A stretch of 64,000 nt of DNA from a virus: positions 38,496 through 102,495 of the IMG/VR virus record IMGVR_UViG_3300021963_009388; one strand, written 5' to 3'. Shown here one piece after another: positions 18,193-26,959 of this stretch. Position 1 is the first letter of the stretch; every line of letters starts with the position of its first letter. The notes below the pieces were generated by a model, which saw only the letters and a list, made by a program, of their open reading frames with translations, searched no databases and was not told the origin of the DNA. The position numbers and the translations under genes were made by a program.

Positions 18193-19443
18193 ATGCCATT
18201 TTTTTCAATAATTACTCCCACTCATAATACTAAGTACCTATTGAGGGCAGCTGACTCTTTAGCAAGTCAGACCTTTAAAGACTTTGAGTGGATCATCATG
18301 CCTAATGGGGACGCTGTTCTTCCAGATCTAGATAGGCTACCTAATCATAAAATAGTCAATCCAAGTGACCCTAGATCAAAAGCTATAGGCCTGTATAAGA
18401 AGGAATGCTGTGAAGTAGCTAAGGGTAACATTCTTGTAGAGCTAGACCACGATGATGAGCTAACTCCTGATTGCCTCGAAGAGCTGCATGCCGCGTTCTC
18501 GGCTGACCCTGAGCTAGACTTTGCTTACTCTAACGACGCAGATCTAGACCAGAACTTTGAGCCATTTGCATATGGCAAGGCTTTTGGATGGGATGATAGG
18601 CCTTTCTCATATAAAGGCAGAATCATTAAAGAACAGTTATCGTTTCCGCCTACAGCTGCTTCATTCTCTAGAATATGGTATGCCCCTAATCATGTAAGGG
18701 CTTGGAAGAAGTCCTTCTATGATCGCATAGGCGGGCACAACATAACCATGGAGGTTCTTGACGACCAAGACCTTCTAGCTAGAACTTACATTCAAGGTAA
18801 GGTAAAGCTAATAAACAAATGCCTGTATATTTATTACAGACACCCTGAGAACACTTGCTACGGCGATAAGAACGCCTTTATACAGACAGAGACATTGAAC
18901 ATTCATGATAAGTATATCTATGCCCTTGCAGAAAAGTGGTCGGACCTCAATGGGTTACTTAAAGTTGATCTGTGTGGTGGTATAGGTAAAGCCCCAGGGT
19001 ACATGTCAATTGACTTACACTCAGCAGATATAGTACACGACCTCAATGAGCCATGGCCCTTTAGCGAAGGATCTGTAGGTGTCATAAGAGCTCATGATGC
19101 GCTTGAGCACCTTAAGAACCCAATACACGTTATGAAGGAAGCATATAGAGTACTAAAGCCTATGGGCTGGTTTCTTACGCTAACTCCTTCTACAGATGGA
19201 AGAGGAGCCTTTCAAGATCCTACGCACATATCTTTCTGGAACAGTAATAGCTTTTGGTACTATACTAGAGCAGAGACAGCTCAGTACATAGGTACACCTG
19301 TAAGATTTCAAGCAGCTAGAATAAACAACTTGTTTCCTAGCCAGTACTGCAAGACTCATAATATAGCTTATGTTAAGGCAGATCTTATACGACTCCCAGA
19401 TCGCAGCTCTGGAATAAGAGTTCCAGGCGGAGTTAATATTTAA
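18193..19443 (+). CDS. GT2 glycosyltransferase fused to a class I methyltransferase-like domain
   Basis: FSIITPTHN and VELDHDD (GT2); VDLCGG, AHDALEHL and EAYRVLKPMG (MTase). Confidence 0.8.
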   Translation: MPFFSIITPTHNTKYLLRAADSLASQTFKDFEWIIMPNGDAVLPDLDRLPNHKIVNPSDPRSKAIGLYKKECCEVAKGNILVELDHDDELTPDCLEELHAAFSADPELDFAYSNDADLDQNFEPFAYGKAFGWDDRPFSYKGRIIKEQLSFPPTAASFSRIWYAPNHVRAWKKSFYDRIGGHNITMEVLDDQDLLARTYIQGKVKLINKCLYIYYRHPENTCYGDKNAFIQTETLNIHDKYIYALAEKWSDLNGLLKVDLCGGIGKAPGYMSIDLHSADIVHDLNEPWPFSEGSVGVIRAHDALEHLKNPIHVMKEAYRVLKPMGWFLTLTPSTDGRGAFQDPTHISFWNSNSFWYYTRAETAQYIGTPVRFQAARINNLFPSQYCKTHNIAYVKADLIRLPDRSSGIRVPGGVNI

Positions 19444-19451
19444 TTAGGAGA

Positions 19452-20246
19452 ATGAACATGCCTACAGGCCCTATTCGGATTTTCGTAGGAACAGAGGAAA
19501 AGACCAAAGTTCCTTTTGATGTGTTGTCTAGCTCTATAAAGAAATGGGCTTCAGTGCCTGTTGAGATAACTCCTATGATAGGCCCTAAGTGGACTGTACC
19601 TAAAGGGTTACATCAAGGAACAGGGTTTAGCCTTCGTCGGTTTATGATACCCGCTGCCTGCAACTTTGAAGGGTTTGCTATATACCTAGACGCGGACCAA
19701 CTCTTGTTTAGCGATATAGCTGAGTTGTGGGAATACGCTAACCTTCTTACTGATAAGAGGTCAGTAGGATGCACATATCAAACAGACAAGTTTAGCTTAA
19801 AGAATCCATGGCCTCAGTCTTCAGTAATGATAATTGACTGCGCTAACTGCGGCTGGGTTCCTGAAGAAATATGGAACCTACTTAGAGGCGGCTATCCTTA
19901 TCATGATCTTATGCACCTTATGTTCATGAGAGGTAAAGATACCTCCAAGCCAATAGATGACTTTGTTCTACGAATACCCAATTACTGGAACCACTTAAAC
20001 ACTTATGAAGACACAGTCACTAGGCTGCTTCATTATACTAAGGAGCCTGAGCAGCCATGGTACAAGCCTGAGCACTCTTTGGCTAGGTTATGGGAAACCG
20101 CTTTAGGTAAAGCCATAGCCAATGGTGAAGTATACAAGGCTGACTTTGTTGCCGGGCTAAAGCTATGGCACGGCCCCAAAATAGACAAGCGACCTAAACA
20201 GGGCCTAAACCCTTATTACGAAAGGTACTTACCCAAGTTTAAGTAG
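19452..20246 (+). CDS. glycosyltransferase (GT-A, GT8-like)
   Basis: IFVG, TGFSLRRF, YLDADQL, SSVMIIDC, WNHL and HYT...PW. Confidence 0.75.
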   Translation: MNMPTGPIRIFVGTEEKTKVPFDVLSSSIKKWASVPVEITPMIGPKWTVPKGLHQGTGFSLRRFMIPAACNFEGFAIYLDADQLLFSDIAELWEYANLLTDKRSVGCTYQTDKFSLKNPWPQSSVMIIDCANCGWVPEEIWNLLRGGYPYHDLMHLMFMRGKDTSKPIDDFVLRIPNYWNHLNTYEDTVTRLLHYTKEPEQPWYKPEHSLARLWETALGKAIANGEVYKADFVAGLKLWHGPKIDKRPKQGLNPYYERYLPKFK

Positions 20247-20252
20247 GGCAAA

Positions 20253-20966
20253 GTGTTAATAAGCAAACTATATAAGAAACATGTAGGCGAAGACATATAT
20301 GTGGTAGGCACAGGGCCCACTGGAAGGCTGCTGCCTTCGTCTTTCTTCAACTCTAAAACATGCATAGGCCTTAACCAGGCCTATAAGCAATTCAGCTTAA
20401 CCTACAGCATAACGGCTCATCCTGAACTAGAGGTAGAGTACTGCGAACTAGCTAAAGTTAAAGCTGCTAATGTTACTAAGTGGATAGTAAAGCATAAAGC
20501 CCCAACGTACTTAAAGCTATATGACTCAACACGTTACGTCTTTCATACCTCAACATCCTGGGATGACTTTATAGGCAAAGACCCTGACAAACTATTTCTA
20601 GGCAGAGGAATACAGCAGACAGCCATAGATATAGCCGTTAGAATGGGCGCAGCGAATGTAATATTAGTCGGGGTTGACATGGACTCGTTAGGCGGAGATC
20701 ATCACGGGCATGATCAGCATGTGCGGTTTCAGGGTTTAAACCCTAAAGAAGCTTACAGAGAATATAGGCTTTGGACATATAAAGCGAAGAAGTTAGCTAG
20801 AGAAAAAGCTGGAGTTAATGTACTATCATTATCGCCCTTGTTGGGCTGCGGTGGAGATATACACCAAGAGGACTATGTTAAAGTTAGAAAAGAGCTCGGG
20901 CTTACGGAGCTGCCTAAGCCTAAAGATATATCAAACATTAAGCGTAAATCTATAGATTTACCTTGA
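20253..20966 (+). CDS. DUF115/MptE-like protein
   Basis: YVVGTGPT, IGLNQAY and ILVGVDM. Confidence 0.55.
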   Translation: MLISKLYKKHVGEDIYVVGTGPTGRLLPSSFFNSKTCIGLNQAYKQFSLTYSITAHPELEVEYCELAKVKAANVTKWIVKHKAPTYLKLYDSTRYVFHTSTSWDDFIGKDPDKLFLGRGIQQTAIDIAVRMGAANVILVGVDMDSLGGDHHGHDQHVRFQGLNPKEAYREYRLWTYKAKKLAREKAGVNVLSLSPLLGCGGDIHQEDYVKVRKELGLTELPKPKDISNIKRKSIDLP

Positions 20967-20997
20967 GCTACTAGACCTTTTAATCAAGGAGTTGGAC

Positions 20998-22173
20998 ATG
21001 GCAAGTAGATACGACAATCTTAGTGTGGCTATTGAGGCCACAATTAACATTAGCAAGAAGACTAAGCCCTACAGAATAGTAGACATCGGAGTGGGTAGCG
21101 GCTCCAAGGCTGAGCTCATGGTTAAACTAGCTAAGAAGCTGGGAAGATCCAACATTGAATACTATGGGTTTGACTTTTTTGAAGACGTTACTGACCTTGT
21201 AGCATCCAGCGAGTTTGCTCTTGGAATAGGCGTAAGCAGAGATAAGGCCAGGGAAATGGTTTTAAAGTCTGGAGCTGCAAAGGCTCAGCTCATTAAAGGC
21301 AACACTAATCAAACTCTTGCTCAGGCTAAGAAAGACATACCTATCGCAGCTGTAGTGTGCGTAGATGGAGGAGCCTCTCCTACCACAATAGCAAATGACA
21401 TTGAAAACGCCCTAAGCTTTTGCTCTGAAGGCACTTACATGGTTATAACCAACTGTATTTCTTCGACCTACTACAGAGGATCTGCCTTCATCATTAAGTC
21501 AGCTGCTATGCTTAAGAAAGAGTACAGCATCACTATTGAAGAAGCAGGCCCAGTAGACGTAGTAAGTGATAAGTATTCAGATGGCACTATAGCCATTAGC
21601 TGTATCATTCTAAAGTGCGCAGCTCAGCTTACTCCAGCAAAGTTAGAAGGCTTAGCTCACAAGCTATTAGTGGAGGCGTCTCCACAAGCTGACCCTGAGC
21701 CACAAGAGTATGTTCCCGAAGTAAGCTTTGTTCCAGAACCACCTAAGGAAATACCTGTTGAACAGGAGGCCAGCGCACCTGCTGGAGAGTCATTTCCCCA
21801 GAGTTGCAGTGGTGATACCGACGTACAATCAGTTCGAGTATGCGAAAATAGCTGTGGAAAGTTGCCTGAAGAACACTGCGAATTGCCTAGTGATTCTTGT
21901 GGACGACGGGAGTCCTCAGTGGAACCCTGCGGACTGGTCAAAGTATCCGAAGAGCCAGATGCTAATACACCGGTTCCCGAAGAACGACAAGAACCTGACT
22001 CGGTCGTGGAACAAGGGAATACAGATAGCACTGCAGAACAAGTGCCAGATAATAGTGGCAGCGAACTCAGACCTGAAGTTCCCCCCGAACTGGACAAAGG
22101 GAATAATAGAAACGCTAGACGCAGGCGCAGGCGCGGTGGGGCCGATGACGAACGCTCCGGGGCACAGGACTAG
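20998..22173 (+). CDS. class I SAM methyltransferase-like protein with acidic linker; 3' part overlaps the GT2 frame
   Basis: IVDIGVGSG, YYGFDFFE and VDGG; AGGAG RBS before the ATG at 20998. Confidence 0.65.
   Translation: MASRYDNLSVAIEATINISKKTKPYRIVDIGVGSGSKAELMVKLAKKLGRSNIEYYGFDFFEDVTDLVASSEFALGIGVSRDKAREMVLKSGAAKAQLIKGNTNQTLAQAKKDIPIAAVVCVDGGASPTTIANDIENALSFCSEGTYMVITNCISSTYYRGSAFIIKSAAMLKKEYSITIEEAGPVDVVSDKYSDGTIAISCIILKCAAQLTPAKLEGLAHKLLVEASPQADPEPQEYVPEVSFVPEPPKEIPVEQEASAPAGESFPQSCSGDTDVQSVRVCENSCGKLPEEHCELPSDSCGRRESSVEPCGLVKVSEEPDANTPVPEERQEPDSVVEQGNTDSTAEQVPDNSGSELRPEVPPELDKGNNRNARRRRRRGGADDERSGAQD
21670..21685. repeat. 16-bp palindrome, copy 3 (GTGGAGGCGTCTCCAC, 1 mismatch)
   Basis: Inside a CDS, encoding VEASP. 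Confidence 0.85.
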
Positions 22174-22531
22174 GCAGAACGTTAAGCATTGTATTCCTAA
22201 CTACAAAGTTAAAGACTCAGACGGGCACATTGCTAATGTCTCGTCTGAGTTAATTAAAAACCATACTGGAAGAGTAGACAAAGGCCCATTGAATGGTTTC
22301 TGCATAGCTGCCAAGGCAGCTACATGGAAAGCTGGGGCTTTTGCTTTTCCAGAGCATTTCTTTAATCCTAAGTTTAAGATGACCCGCAATGAAGATGAGC
22401 TTATGGGAAGGTGGAAGAAGCAAGGCATAAGCAGCTTAATAGCATGTTCAAGCTTTGTCTTTCATTACAGGGGAGTAACTAGGCGCCCTAGTGGAAAAGG
22501 AGCAGGTAGTGGTAACCTGAGAATAAAATGA
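21794..22531 (+). CDS. GT2 glycosyltransferase domain with no good start of its own; likely reached by a +1 shift from the upstream ORF
   Basis: FPRVAVVIPTYNQ, ILVDDGS, SWNKG, NSD and FVFHYRG. The listed start at 21728 is a TTG with no RBS. Confidence 0.75.
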   Translation, partial: FPRVAVVIPTYNQFEYAKIAVESCLKNTANCLVILVDDGSPQWNPADWSKYPKSQMLIHRFPKNDKNLTRSWNKGIQIALQNKCQIIVAANSDLKFPPNWTKGIIETLDAGAGAVGPMTNAPGHRTRQNVKHCIPNYKVKDSDGHIANVSSELIKNHTGRVDKGPLNGFCIAAKAATWKAGAFAFPEHFFNPKFKMTRNEDELMGRWKKQGISSLIACSSFVFHYRGVTRRPSGKGAGSGNLRIK

Positions 22532-22749
22532 ATAAGAAAAAGAAATTAGGCTCAAAGCTTAGATGCAGAGTAGCTAAGAAAAAACCAGCAGAGAAGATAG
22601 TAATAGCTAGAAAGGCAAGAGTATCTTCTAAAAGCTCAGATGACGGCATGAGCATAAAGGCAGTCAAAGCGCCTATCGTGAGGGCCAAGCGCGTTTCATC
22701 TGGGTCGTCTGATCAGCCTAAGCCCATAGATGACGGCTTAGTCCAATGA
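22528..22749 (+). CDS. small basic protein with (K/A)RVSS motifs
   Basis: 73 aa, coupled to both neighbours. Confidence 0.55.
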   Translation: MNKKKKLGSKLRCRVAKKKPAEKIVIARKARVSSKSSDDGMSIKAVKAPIVRAKRVSSGSSDQPKPIDDGLVQ

Positions 22750-23372
22750 GGAATTGGAAGTCAAAGACTAACATTCCTGCTAGTGCCAAGATAGGCATAT
22801 CTTTAGTTACCTATCATCAAGGGCATTGCTTAGCTTCTCTAATACATTCTATAAAAGCTCAAACCTATAAAAATTACTACATACACATAATGCACGATGG
22901 CCCATGGTCGTCTGAGTATAACAGAGCCATATGCTTAAAGGCTGTAGATGGAGACCCTAGGTTCTTTGTAGGCTGCACTGAAACGAGAGCCAATAAGTTT
23001 GGCCATAACATGCGACAGGCAGGATTTGACGCTGCTATCAAAGAGGGCTGTGATTGGATAGGCACTATGAATGGAGATTGCTGGTATGTTCCTGTTTACT
23101 TTGAGTGGATGCTTGGATCAGCCTATAGCATAAAGGCTAGCTTTGTTTACTGTAACATGGTACACAGTCATACCTTATGGGGAAGTGTAAAGACTTCTAT
23201 AGCTAGGGGTAAGATAGACGGAGGCGGATTCCTTATGCGTAAGTCTCTATGTGATACTGTAAAGTGGACGAGCACTGAATTCGCTGCTGACTGGTTCTAT
23301 ATAGATAAGCTCAAAAACAAGCCTGGTTTCGTTCCAGCAAAAGTGGATGGTTATCTGTTCACTCACAACTAG
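22746..23372 (+). CDS. GT2-like glycosyltransferase
   Basis: ISLVTY, IMHDG, MNGDCWY and AADW. Confidence 0.7.
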   Translation: MRNWKSKTNIPASAKIGISLVTYHQGHCLASLIHSIKAQTYKNYYIHIMHDGPWSSEYNRAICLKAVDGDPRFFVGCTETRANKFGHNMRQAGFDAAIKEGCDWIGTMNGDCWYVPVYFEWMLGSAYSIKASFVYCNMVHSHTLWGSVKTSIARGKIDGGGFLMRKSLCDTVKWTSTEFAADWFYIDKLKNKPGFVPAKVDGYLFTHN

Positions 23373-23380
23373 GTTAAACT

Positions 23381-24424
23381 ATGAAGATAGGGTTTGATGT
23401 ACAGTATAAGCTTCATGACGCAGTCTATGCGGCTTTAAGACTGTCTGATTCCCTAAAGGCTTTAGGCTACGAAACAACTCTGTACAGTAAGCTTAAGAAG
23501 AAGCACATATACGGCTGTGACTGGGACTCTCTAGTTACTACGCCAGAAGACATGTCTTACGAAGAGTGGCTCAAGACTATTACTCATATCATTTGGCCTG
23601 TTCCACCCAACAAAGATACGGTCAAGAAGGTTGGTAAGAATATAGTAACTATAGCTTTAGCGCCATGGGACTGCCTGCCATCTTACACCAAGGGCTCACT
23701 TAAGCTATGTGCTCACATTGTATCCACCTGTAGTGAGAACACCAAAGTACTTAAAGCTGGATCCAGCCTTACCAACATATCCACTATAGAGTGGGATAGC
23801 TTCATACCTATTACGCACAAAGCCTCTGGAAGCGTAGACTTAAATAACCCAAAGGTGCTTATACCTCTTCACTCAAGCCAAGGCCTTCGATGCGACCTTG
23901 ACTCTTTGTTTGATATCATCGAAGGGGTAATCAGCGGGTGCCCAAAGGCTAGAATATTTATATCGTATAGCCTTAAGTCTATTCCCTGGGAGATATCAAA
24001 AGAGCTAAGAGTATTTGTTCGCAAGCACAACACTAGCGTAAGCTTAGTATTAGACGCAGCCACCTGTGTTAGCTCACTGCTTCTATATGGTAGTCATGAC
24101 ATAGTGCTGTGGCCTGCAGAGATAGAAGGGTTCGGCTTAGTAGGCGTAGAGTCGATATACATGGGAACTCCTGTAATTGCTTATGATGTGCCTCCTATGT
24201 CTGATATAGTGATAGACGGAATTAATGGAGTTCTAGTTCCCTGTAAGCATGGAGGGGCTGCCAACAATATAGTATTTGCAGAGCCTAATGCTTATAATTT
24301 CATAGATAAGTCAGTAGACGCTATAAACAATAAGCTGGTTGAATTGAACAAGCACACGAAGACAGGCAAGAAGTCAAAGCGAAGTAAGTTCAACTCAGCA
24401 TGGAAGAAGATCATAGAGGGCTAA
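23381..24424 (+). CDS. GT4-family (GT-B) glycosyltransferase
   Basis: EGFGLVGVESIYMGTPVIAYDVPPMSDIVIDGINGVLV. Confidence 0.8.
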   Translation: MKIGFDVQYKLHDAVYAALRLSDSLKALGYETTLYSKLKKKHIYGCDWDSLVTTPEDMSYEEWLKTITHIIWPVPPNKDTVKKVGKNIVTIALAPWDCLPSYTKGSLKLCAHIVSTCSENTKVLKAGSSLTNISTIEWDSFIPITHKASGSVDLNNPKVLIPLHSSQGLRCDLDSLFDIIEGVISGCPKARIFISYSLKSIPWEISKELRVFVRKHNTSVSLVLDAATCVSSLLLYGSHDIVLWPAEIEGFGLVGVESIYMGTPVIAYDVPPMSDIVIDGINGVLVPCKHGGAANNIVFAEPNAYNFIDKSVDAINNKLVELNKHTKTGKKSKRSKFNSAWKKIIEG

Positions 24425-24427
24425 CAC

Positions 24428-24793
24428 ATGGATGTTCTAGCTGTACGACAAGAAGAGAAGCTATGGGGCCGCAACCATATCATTCATTTGGATAACTCCT
24501 TTCAGATCTGCCACATACACATCCTCAAAGGTGGATACTGCTCTAATCACTTTCACCAGCATAAGTGGAATCAATTCTATATTGTCTCGGGTAAGCTGGT
24601 GGTTATCTGCTACAACCCAGACGGCACTACAAAGAGCACCATCACTCTTAGGCCTACCGAGTGCATTAAGATACCTCCTGGTTTAAACCATAAGTTTGAA
24701 GCTTTAGAAGAGACTGAAGCTTTGGAGATCTATTGGTCTGAGCTATCTGAGCACGATATTGTGCGTACAGACATAGGTGGCATCAAGGCTTAA
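24428..24793 (+). CDS. cupin-domain protein (sugar isomerase-like)
   Basis: CSNHFHQHKWNQFYIVSG and IPPGLNHKF; its TAA stop lies inside cassette promoter 3. Confidence 0.75.
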   Translation: MDVLAVRQEEKLWGRNHIIHLDNSFQICHIHILKGGYCSNHFHQHKWNQFYIVSGKLVVICYNPDGTTKSTITLRPTECIKIPPGLNHKFEALEETEALEIYWSELSEHDIVRTDIGGIKA

Positions 24794-24817
24794 TTCAGCC
24801 CATAATAGCGTCATAAT
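24790..24817 (+). promoter_or_regulatory. cassette promoter-like motif 3
   Basis: TTAATTCAGCCCATAATAGCGTCATAAT. Confidence 0.75.
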
Positions 24818-24855
24818 GAAGTGAGTACGTAACTATTTAATAAGAGGAGTGCATT

Positions 24856-25059
24856 ATGCACGGATTTTACCAGTCGGTTGACGCTTCTAGAATACCAGCA
24901 GACCTGGGCATCGAAAGATGCCCGGTATGCAAAGGCATCGCTCGAAACTCAACGCTTGCATGTTCGACATGCAAGCGTGACGCAAAGCTCTGCCCTAAGT
25001 TTGCTCAAAAAGTAAAAGATACTGAAAAACTAAATGGCTGGAGCGACATAGTCGCCTAG
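24856..25059 (+). CDS. 67-aa Zn-finger protein, cassette 3 cargo
   Basis: CPVC...CSTC; GAGGAG RBS. Confidence 0.65.
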   Translation: MHGFYQSVDASRIPADLGIERCPVCKGIARNSTLACSTCKRDAKLCPKFAQKVKDTEKLNGWSDIVA

Positions 25060-25064
25060 CCATT

Positions 25065-25107
25065 CGTCCTGAGCAGGACGTTAACTTGCTCTTTTTTTAG
25101 CTATCAG
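25065..25107 (+). terminator. cassette 3 end: pseudoknot/hairpin plus T7-AGCTATCAG
   Basis: CGTCCTGAGCAGGACG-TTAAC-TTGCTC followed by T7. Confidence 0.65.
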
Positions 25108-25115
25108 CCATCCCC

Positions 25116-25143
25116 TTAATTCAACCTATAAGTGCGTCATAAT
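25116..25143 (+). promoter_or_regulatory. cassette promoter-like motif 4
   Basis: TTAATTCAACCTATAAGTGCGTCATAAT. Confidence 0.75.
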
Positions 25144-25149
25144 ATAATG

Positions 25150-25605
25150 ATACCGATAGGTATCGATGGTCCCATCGAGATAGCGACCTTAAAAGTACTC
25201 GTAAGCCCAACTGATTGTTCCATCAGGTTGGTAATATGGCCTAGGAACTTTATTAACGTCCATGCATGACGTTAAACTGCAGGTTCCCACTGACTGACAG
25301 TGGGCGGCTACCGGCCGGGGACGGATGTGGATGAAACTTCCACACTACGCCAAGTAACTACTGGCGTAGAATTTATCGGCATCTTAGTGAGGTGCACGTC
25401 TTGAGCAGGACGTTAAACTGCTTCATTTGAAGCTTATCGCTGGTGTCCTTAGTAAGACGTTAAACTGCTAACTGACCAATGAAGGCCCCACGGCCTAAGA
25501 ACAGTGGGAGGCTACCAGCCTTAGCAAGTGGGCGTGGATGAAACTTCCACAAAGAGGGATACATGAGGTCACCGGGTTAAACCCCGGTCTCATGTGTCTT
25601 TTTTT
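25150..25605 (+). ncRNA. putative ~450-nt structured non-coding RNA (cassette 4) with three pseudoknot repeats and two tri-hairpin modules
   Basis: No credible ORF; bounded by promoter and terminator; repeated modules with compensatory changes. Confidence 0.65.
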
Positions 25606-25614
25606 AGCTATTAG
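25558..25614 (+). terminator. intrinsic terminator plus T7-AGCTATTAG (cassette 4)
   Basis: GATACATGAG...CTCATGTGTC hairpin followed by T7. Confidence 0.8.
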
Positions 25615-25622
25615 CCCCTTCC

Positions 25623-25650
25623 TTAATTCAACCCCTAAATGCGTCATAAT
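25623..25650 (+). promoter_or_regulatory. cassette promoter-like motif 5
   Basis: TTAATTCAACCCCTAAATGCGTCATAAT. Confidence 0.75.
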
Positions 25651-25656
25651 ATAGTG

Positions 25657-25915
25657 TGGAGATATATATCTATGCGAAGCTTGTGACTTGTCCGAGCATC
25701 GCACCAGATGAATATATCTCGCCAGGCAGAATTCCCGTCGCCTGACTAGAAATAGTAAAAGGGATAGGCTAAGGTATAAACACGTAGCGAAAAGATGTAG
25801 GTTGGGCGACCTACAATATAAACAGATTAGCGATAATCGTTTATTTAATCTTTCTTACGGCGAATCTATCTTAGTAATTGTACACAGGGCTGAAAGGCTC
25901 TGTGTGCTTTTTTTT
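25657..25915 (+). ncRNA. putative ~260-nt multi-hairpin non-coding RNA (cassette 5)
   Basis: No credible ORF; stems GAGATATAT/ATATATCTC, CAGGC/GCCTG, TGTAGGT/ACCTACA and ATAAAC..GATT/AATCGTTTAT. Confidence 0.5.
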
Positions 25916-25924
25916 AGCTATCAG
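25880..25924 (+). terminator. intrinsic terminator plus T8-AGCTATCAG (cassette 5)
   Basis: GTACACAGGGCT-GAAA-GGCTCTGTGTGC followed by T8. Confidence 0.85.
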
Positions 25925-25978
25925 CCATTCATGTAATGGGTTACCATATATCTAACTCTTACTTGAGGTGACCATAAT

Positions 25979-26311
25979 ATGGAATGGCTAATCATTCTTG
26001 CAGTTATGTCCCTTTACTCAACCTCCCTAATGATGTGTTATAGCGACAGTACAAGGAACTCTTGGTACTACCCAATCTTTTCTTTAGGGTTTAGCCTTAT
26101 TGTTTCTACGCTATGGGTGACTGGTGTTAGGTATCTAGACAACAAAGACCGTATCTTTTTCTTTAGCCTTTGCTGGGAGTTTTCTGTAATATTTATTGAT
26201 TACACAATACCTCTTGTGTTTTTTGGTCTTAATGTTAATAAGTATGTAGTAATGGGCTCGTTCGTTGTAGCTGCGGGCTTAACCATTATGAAACTCAATA
26301 TGAAAGGCTAG
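25979..26311 (+). CDS. small integral membrane protein (about 4 TM, SMR/EamA-like size)
   Basis: 110 aa with four hydrophobic segments; GAGGTG RBS. Confidence 0.65.
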   Translation: MEWLIILAVMSLYSTSLMMCYSDSTRNSWYYPIFSLGFSLIVSTLWVTGVRYLDNKDRIFFFSLCWEFSVIFIDYTIPLVFFGLNVNKYVVMGSFVVAAGLTIMKLNMKG

Positions 26312-26315
26312 TGAC

Positions 26316-26702
26316 ATGAAGGAAAAAGAAATCAATACATGGAAAGAAGACTTCGGATTCAGCGTATCCACTAAGGATGATCCCGACTTGCTTACTTATC
26401 TATTTAATAACTGGATCAAGAATGAGACTACTACGCCAGAGGATAGGGAGTCTGTTCAAGAGTTTATGGCTTATGCTAAGAAGCGATTAAGCCAGCACTA
26501 TGTTACTGGAATGGAATATCTTGATAGTGGCATAGGCATAGTGCTATCCAATGGTGACCGCGTACCATTTAATAAAGCTACCACTACTGCCACTGAGCCT
26601 ATTCGACAGACGGTGTCCATAACTGGGGATGCTAGCTATTTGCAGCCTAATGGCATAAAGCAAATAGATACGTCAGCCCCCATAACCGGAGGATCTAGGT
26701 AA
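26316..26702 (+). CDS. hypothetical protein
   Basis: 128-aa ORF. Confidence 0.65.
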   Translation: MKEKEINTWKEDFGFSVSTKDDPDLLTYLFNNWIKNETTTPEDRESVQEFMAYAKKRLSQHYVTGMEYLDSGIGIVLSNGDRVPFNKATTTATEPIRQTVSITGDASYLQPNGIKQIDTSAPITGGSR

Positions 26703-26959
26703 TGGCTAAAAAAATAACAGGCACTGCTGCTAGCTCTAGGCCGTACTTAAAACTCTACAAGGAAGAAGCGCCCACTTCCTTTATGGAAACCCTGGTCAGT
26801 GGCTTTCTTAAAAATATAGTTAAAAATGGCAATGTAGACAAAGACGACGCCGCAGGCTTATCAGTGGTATTTGATCGTTTTTTTGATTACTGTAGAGACG
26901 CAGCCCCCAACACCGTAGTGGTATCTGAAGGCAAGACCCTGCCTTTAATATCCTCTTGA
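26702..26959 (+). CDS. hypothetical protein
   Basis: 85-aa coupled ORF. Confidence 0.6.
   Translation: MAKKITGTAASSRPYLKLYKEEAPTSFMETLVSGFLKNIVKNGNVDKDDAAGLSVVFDRFFDYCRDAAPNTVVVSEGKTLPLISS

Noticed and set aside
25270-25470. Integron attC sites (GTTAAAC matches the GTTRRRY core)
   Set aside because: There is no properly spaced inverse core or L boxes, the motif lies inside cassettes rather than at their boundaries, and no IntI gene is seen.
25065-25550. CRISPR array or mini-array
   Set aside because: The repeats are degenerate and irregularly spaced (about 190, 140 and 50 nt), and no cas genes are present. The variation pattern fits RNA structure instead.
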